DNA of 11,237 nt from Desulfurococcaceae archaeon (GTDB lineage: Archaea; Thermoproteota; Thermoprotei_A; Sulfolobales; Desulfurococcaceae): NCBI GenBank assembly GCA_038816475.1, contig JAWBAI010000014.1:1-11237 (forward strand), given 5' to 3'. The notes under the pieces were generated by a model. The model searched no databases and was not told the origin of the DNA. It saw only the letters and a program-made list of their open reading frames with translations. Below, piece by piece: positions 8,452 through 11,237 of this stretch (position 1 is the first letter of the stretch; each line of letters begins with the position of its first letter). A program made the translations under genes and the position numbers.

Positions 8452-8487
8452 GCTGTTTTTAAGTAAGATATGTAAAACAGCAAAAAA
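8452..8487. terminator. Inverted repeat / T-rich putative terminator after the mannosidase
   Basis: GCTGTTTT (8452-8459) and AAAACAGC (8474-8481) form an 8-bp inverted repeat directly after the stop, with a T5 run on + and a T6 run on -. Confidence 0.4.
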
Positions 8488-8500
8488 TAATTACTAACTT

Positions 8501-8541
8501 ACGGTACCCTGGGACGGTTACCCGGGTGAACCCCGGTGAAC
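8501..8541 (+). repeat. GC-rich short tandem/inverted repeats overlapping the RBS and start of the 442-aa gene
   Basis: ACGGTACCCTGGG / ACGGTTACCCGGG near-tandem (8501-8526), GGTGAAC twice (8525-8531, 8535-8541), CCGGG-TGAAC-CCCGG hairpin (8522-8536). Confidence 0.55.
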
Positions 8542-9864
8542 TACGTTTTTATAGTAGAGGACTTTGTATACAGAGTTGACTTCGAGAACTACCAGCCGAG
8601 CGAGGAGGAGATCAAGCGTGTAGGGGAGATCCTTGGGCAACCCACGAAGAAGCTTAACGTTGTTATGGAAAGGTACTGGCAGGTATTTAGGAACTACATT
8701 GAGAAGAAGTGTGCTAGCCTAGGTAGTACATCAGTGTGCTTATACTCGTGGAGAGTCAACGTACCGTTCAGGTTGTTCCCTCTAGCACTTCACGCTCACG
8801 GTACAATCATACTGTTTGAGAACGAGAAACCCATGCAGGTTCTAGCGTTTCCCATGAACAAAGCACTCAGCTACAATAAGTCTCCGGGTTTGCCACCGGA
8901 AGAGTACAGCGAGAAGAACCCACGCGAGGTTTCCGCTAGAATAGATGGATGGCAGTTAACCGCGTACTACAACCCACTCATCAATCGCTGGATATTTGCA
9001 ACCAGGTATGCTCTACACAACACGTACTACATGAAGGGGCGATTAGTGGTTGAACCCATGGAGTCAATAGCTAACCCTTACGTTGAGATAGGAGACAGGA
9101 TCGCTGAGAAAGATGGATTATACGAAAGGCTCGATAAGTACAGAGGTTGGACCTTTACGTTTGTTCTGGAAGGACCTGAGCCAGCGGTAACTAGACCACC
9201 TTACCCCATTGGAGCGGATGTTGAAAAGTACAAACTGTACGTTTTGATGGCCCGAAGCCCGGACGGGAAACTCTACACGTGGAGTGAAACGAGAAAACTA
9301 ATCGACTACAACGCACCACCCCTATTTGAACCCAAAAGCCTGAAGGAGCTGTACGAGGACGCTCGCAGAAGCCTCATCGTAAGATCATACTTCGCATACC
9401 TAGAAACCGGGGACCCGGAAAACCCTATCATAGCTGAGCTTGAGTCCGATTACTATCCAGAAGCTATGAACGCAAAGTACCTTAACGACGCGAAATCGGC
9501 AGCTGTTCTCGTATGCGAGGACCTGGGAGAAGAGCTCGCCAAAATCATGGGAGACTGGCGAGCAAACCTAGTCGTCGAGCTGAGCAGGCTCAAGAGAACT
9601 CTTGAAGACACACTTGCAAGGCTCATCGAATCCCGAGGTGTTCACGCAGTATCCAGCGCAGCTGTGAATACACTGAGAGAGATGGGTGTAAAAACTGTAA
9701 AACCCGAAGAACTTGCTAAAGCTCTCAGCGAAGGCAATATTAAGAGGGTAGTTAAGAAGCTAATGGCTCTACTACTGGAGGGAAAATCTCTTACAACGCG
9801 TGAACCCCTTGAAGTACTCAAAGAATACATCGGAAAAATAACTAAGACGCTGGAACCAAGTTAG
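8536..9864 (+). CDS. T4 RNA ligase 1 (Rnl1)-like nucleotidyltransferase-fold protein with degenerate catalytic motifs and a helical C-terminal domain
   Basis: 442-aa ORF, GTG start, GGTGA RBS at 8525-8529. Ordered similarity to Rnl1 motifs recalled from T4: HAHG..EKPMQVLAFPMNKALSY, RIDG (motif I), ATR (Ia), GWTFTFV (III), LYVLMAR, RSYFA (IV), ELESDYY (V). The CDS is near certain. The fold call is by eye. Confidence 0.75.
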   Translation: MNYVFIVEDFVYRVDFENYQPSEEEIKRVGEILGQPTKKLNVVMERYWQVFRNYIEKKCASLGSTSVCLYSWRVNVPFRLFPLALHAHGTIILFENEKPMQVLAFPMNKALSYNKSPGLPPEEYSEKNPREVSARIDGWQLTAYYNPLINRWIFATRYALHNTYYMKGRLVVEPMESIANPYVEIGDRIAEKDGLYERLDKYRGWTFTFVLEGPEPAVTRPPYPIGADVEKYKLYVLMARSPDGKLYTWSETRKLIDYNAPPLFEPKSLKELYEDARRSLIVRSYFAYLETGDPENPIIAELESDYYPEAMNAKYLNDAKSAAVLVCEDLGEELAKIMGDWRANLVVELSRLKRTLEDTLARLIESRGVHAVSSAAVNTLREMGVKTVKPEELAKALSEGNIKRVVKKLMALLLEGKSLTTREPLEVLKEYIGKITKTLEPS

Positions 9865-9922
9865 CAACGTAAAAGAACCATGGTGTTTTGTGCAGTAAGG
9901 GAATAGAAAGAGACCCCGTAAT

Positions 9923-10100
9923 CAACTGTACACTACTCCTTTTAGCCTATCTTTACTCTCTTTTAGCATTCACGTTCGACGGTATTCACATTGATTCTTC
10001 GAGAATATGTTCTCTCTAAACACATTTGCAGTTGCATAGTATTACCAGGTAGTCCTTTAGTCTCATCCTTTAACCTCACATTTGCTCCATGTTTCCTCAT
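9923..10100 (-). pseudogene. Possible decayed small ribbon-helix-helix/antitoxin-like gene
   Basis: Purine-rich minus strand. 45-aa ORF 10100-9963 MRKHGANVRLKDETKGLPGNTMQLQMCLERTYSRRINVNTVEREC, then MLKESKDRLKGVVYS in another frame. No clear RBS. Confidence 0.2.
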
Positions 10101-10174
10101 TCATCGTTGTCGTAGAAACAACAGTACCCCTAAGTTTTTAATTTCATTGCATAGCTAACTATAAATCATTAGAT

Positions 10175-10222
10175 CAGCAAGGTTTATATACTGGTGGTTA
10201 TGTACCTTATGCAGGTGAAATT
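10175..10222 (+). promoter_or_regulatory. BRE/TATA promoter and RBS of the subtilase
   Basis: Purine-rich CAGCAAGG followed by TTTATATA (10183-10190), TTATG at 10207-10211, GGTGA at 10214-10218 four nt before GTG 10223. Confidence 0.7.
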
Positions 10223-11237
10223 GTGGATAGACTGTTAAGACTACTTGTAGCTATACTAATAGTAGTTCTGGTAGTACCGGTTTTTGCAAGCATTGATGTA
10301 CATGCAGATGCACAGTTGATTAGGGTGATCATTGGCGTAAATGGAGACTACGAGAGAGCTAGGACGCAAATTTCTAGATACGGTCTAGTAGAACTGGAAA
10401 TCCCGGAGATTAATGCGATCGTTCTCACGGTTCCACATTCATCTATAACTCGTTTATCTAAACTTCCCTTTATAAGGTACATTGAAGTTGATAAGCCTGT
10501 TCATCTTGTGAGTGAGGTTCGCTGGAACCTAGAACTAATAAATGTTACAGATGTATGGATGCTCAACGAAACATATGGGGATGCAGCGTTCGGATATCAC
10601 GGCGATGTTCAAGTGGCTGTTCTCGACACAGGTATAGACTACACTCATGAAGATCTCCGTAATGCGGTGGTTTACTGCATAGTCTCTCTAAGAAACGGAA
10701 GAACCTTCTACAGAGGAACAAACCTTAGAAACTGTAATGATCAAAACGGGCATGGAACACACGTAGCTGGAATAATAGCGGCAAGACTGAATGGTATTGG
10801 TGTAGCTGGTGTAGCACCAAAAGTAACATTATATGCTGTTCGAGTACTAGATGCCTCGGGGTCCGGGTACGTGAGCGACGTAGCCAAGGGCATTGTAGAG
10901 GCTACCAAGGGGCCAGATGGAGTAGCAGGTACACCGGACGATGCGGACGTTATATCAATGTCGCTCGGTGGACCGCACTCCAACGTTCTATACGATGCTG
11001 TTAAGTACGCTTACAGCTATGGAGTAGTTCTCGTAGCAGCAGCCGGAAACGAGGGTGCTGCAAACCCGTCTTACCCCGCTGCATACCCCGAGGTAATAGC
11101 TGTTGGAGCCATTGACTCAAACTACCAGGTTCCCTCGTGGAGTAACAGAAACCCAGACGTAGTAGCACCAGGTGTGGAAATACTGTCCACATGGCCAAAG
11201 AACAGATATGCTTACGCTAGTGGTACGAGCATGGCAT
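10223..11237 (+). CDS. Secreted S8 subtilisin-like serine protease (Tk-subtilisin/pernisine-like); 3' end runs off the window
   Basis: Not in the ORF track. Manual translation: signal peptide MDRLLRLLVAILIVVLVVPVFA, propeptide ending IRYIEVDKPV, VAVLDTGID (Asp135), CNDQNGHGTHVAG (His177), VISMSLGG, AAAGNEG (Asn276), SGTSMA (Ser336). Confidence 0.96.
   Translation, partial: MDRLLRLLVAILIVVLVVPVFASIDVHADAQLIRVIIGVNGDYERARTQISRYGLVELEIPEINAIVLTVPHSSITRLSKLPFIRYIEVDKPVHLVSEVRWNLELINVTDVWMLNETYGDAAFGYHGDVQVAVLDTGIDYTHEDLRNAVVYCIVSLRNGRTFYRGTNLRNCNDQNGHGTHVAGIIAARLNGIGVAGVAPKVTLYAVRVLDASGSGYVSDVAKGIVEATKGPDGVAGTPDDADVISMSLGGPHSNVLYDAVKYAYSYGVVLVAAAGNEGAANPSYPAAYPEVIAVGAIDSNYQVPSWSNRNPDVVAPGVEILSTWPKNRYAYASGTSMA

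Noticed and set aside
8938-8940. Motif I Arg (AGA) as a single sequencing error for Lys (AAA)
   Set aside because: Motifs III, IV and V and the R54-equivalent are also substituted, so one miscall cannot explain the pattern.
2421-9830. Minus-strand ORFs within the ABC, GH38 and Rnl1-like genes (2421, 2892, 3724, 4521, 5226, 6787, 6888, 7710, 8256, 9642)
   Set aside because: All overlap well-supported genes on the opposite strand and lack motifs.
10741-11198. Minus-strand ORFs 10741..10983 and 11001..11198
   Set aside because: Antisense to the subtilase catalytic domain.

Overview
Chromosomal window from a thermophilic archaeon (GGTG(A) ribosome-binding sites, TATA-type promoters and a Tk-subtilisin/pernisine-like protease suggest Desulfurococcales/Thermoprotei; this is inference). 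Left to right: (i) a 3'-truncated minus-strand [2Fe-2S]+FAD oxidoreductase of the sarcosine oxidase alpha / dye-linked proline dehydrogenase type, whose conserved N-terminus lacks a canonical start codon; (ii) a stand-alone ABC-exporter transmembrane domain with no ATPase domain; (iii) a divergent DrrAB-like ABC-2 operon (ATPase with His-switch replaced by Asn, plus two permeases); (iv) a cytoplasmic GH38 alpha-mannosidase; (v) a 442-aa protein that aligns by eye motif-by-motif with T4 RNA ligase 1 but has nearly every catalytic residue replaced, several with reversed charge, which is the most unusual element here; (vi) a possible decayed small DNA-binding gene; (vii) a secreted S8 subtilisin truncated by the window end. 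No rRNA, tRNA, CRISPR array or transposase was seen. All homology calls were made by eye, without searches.
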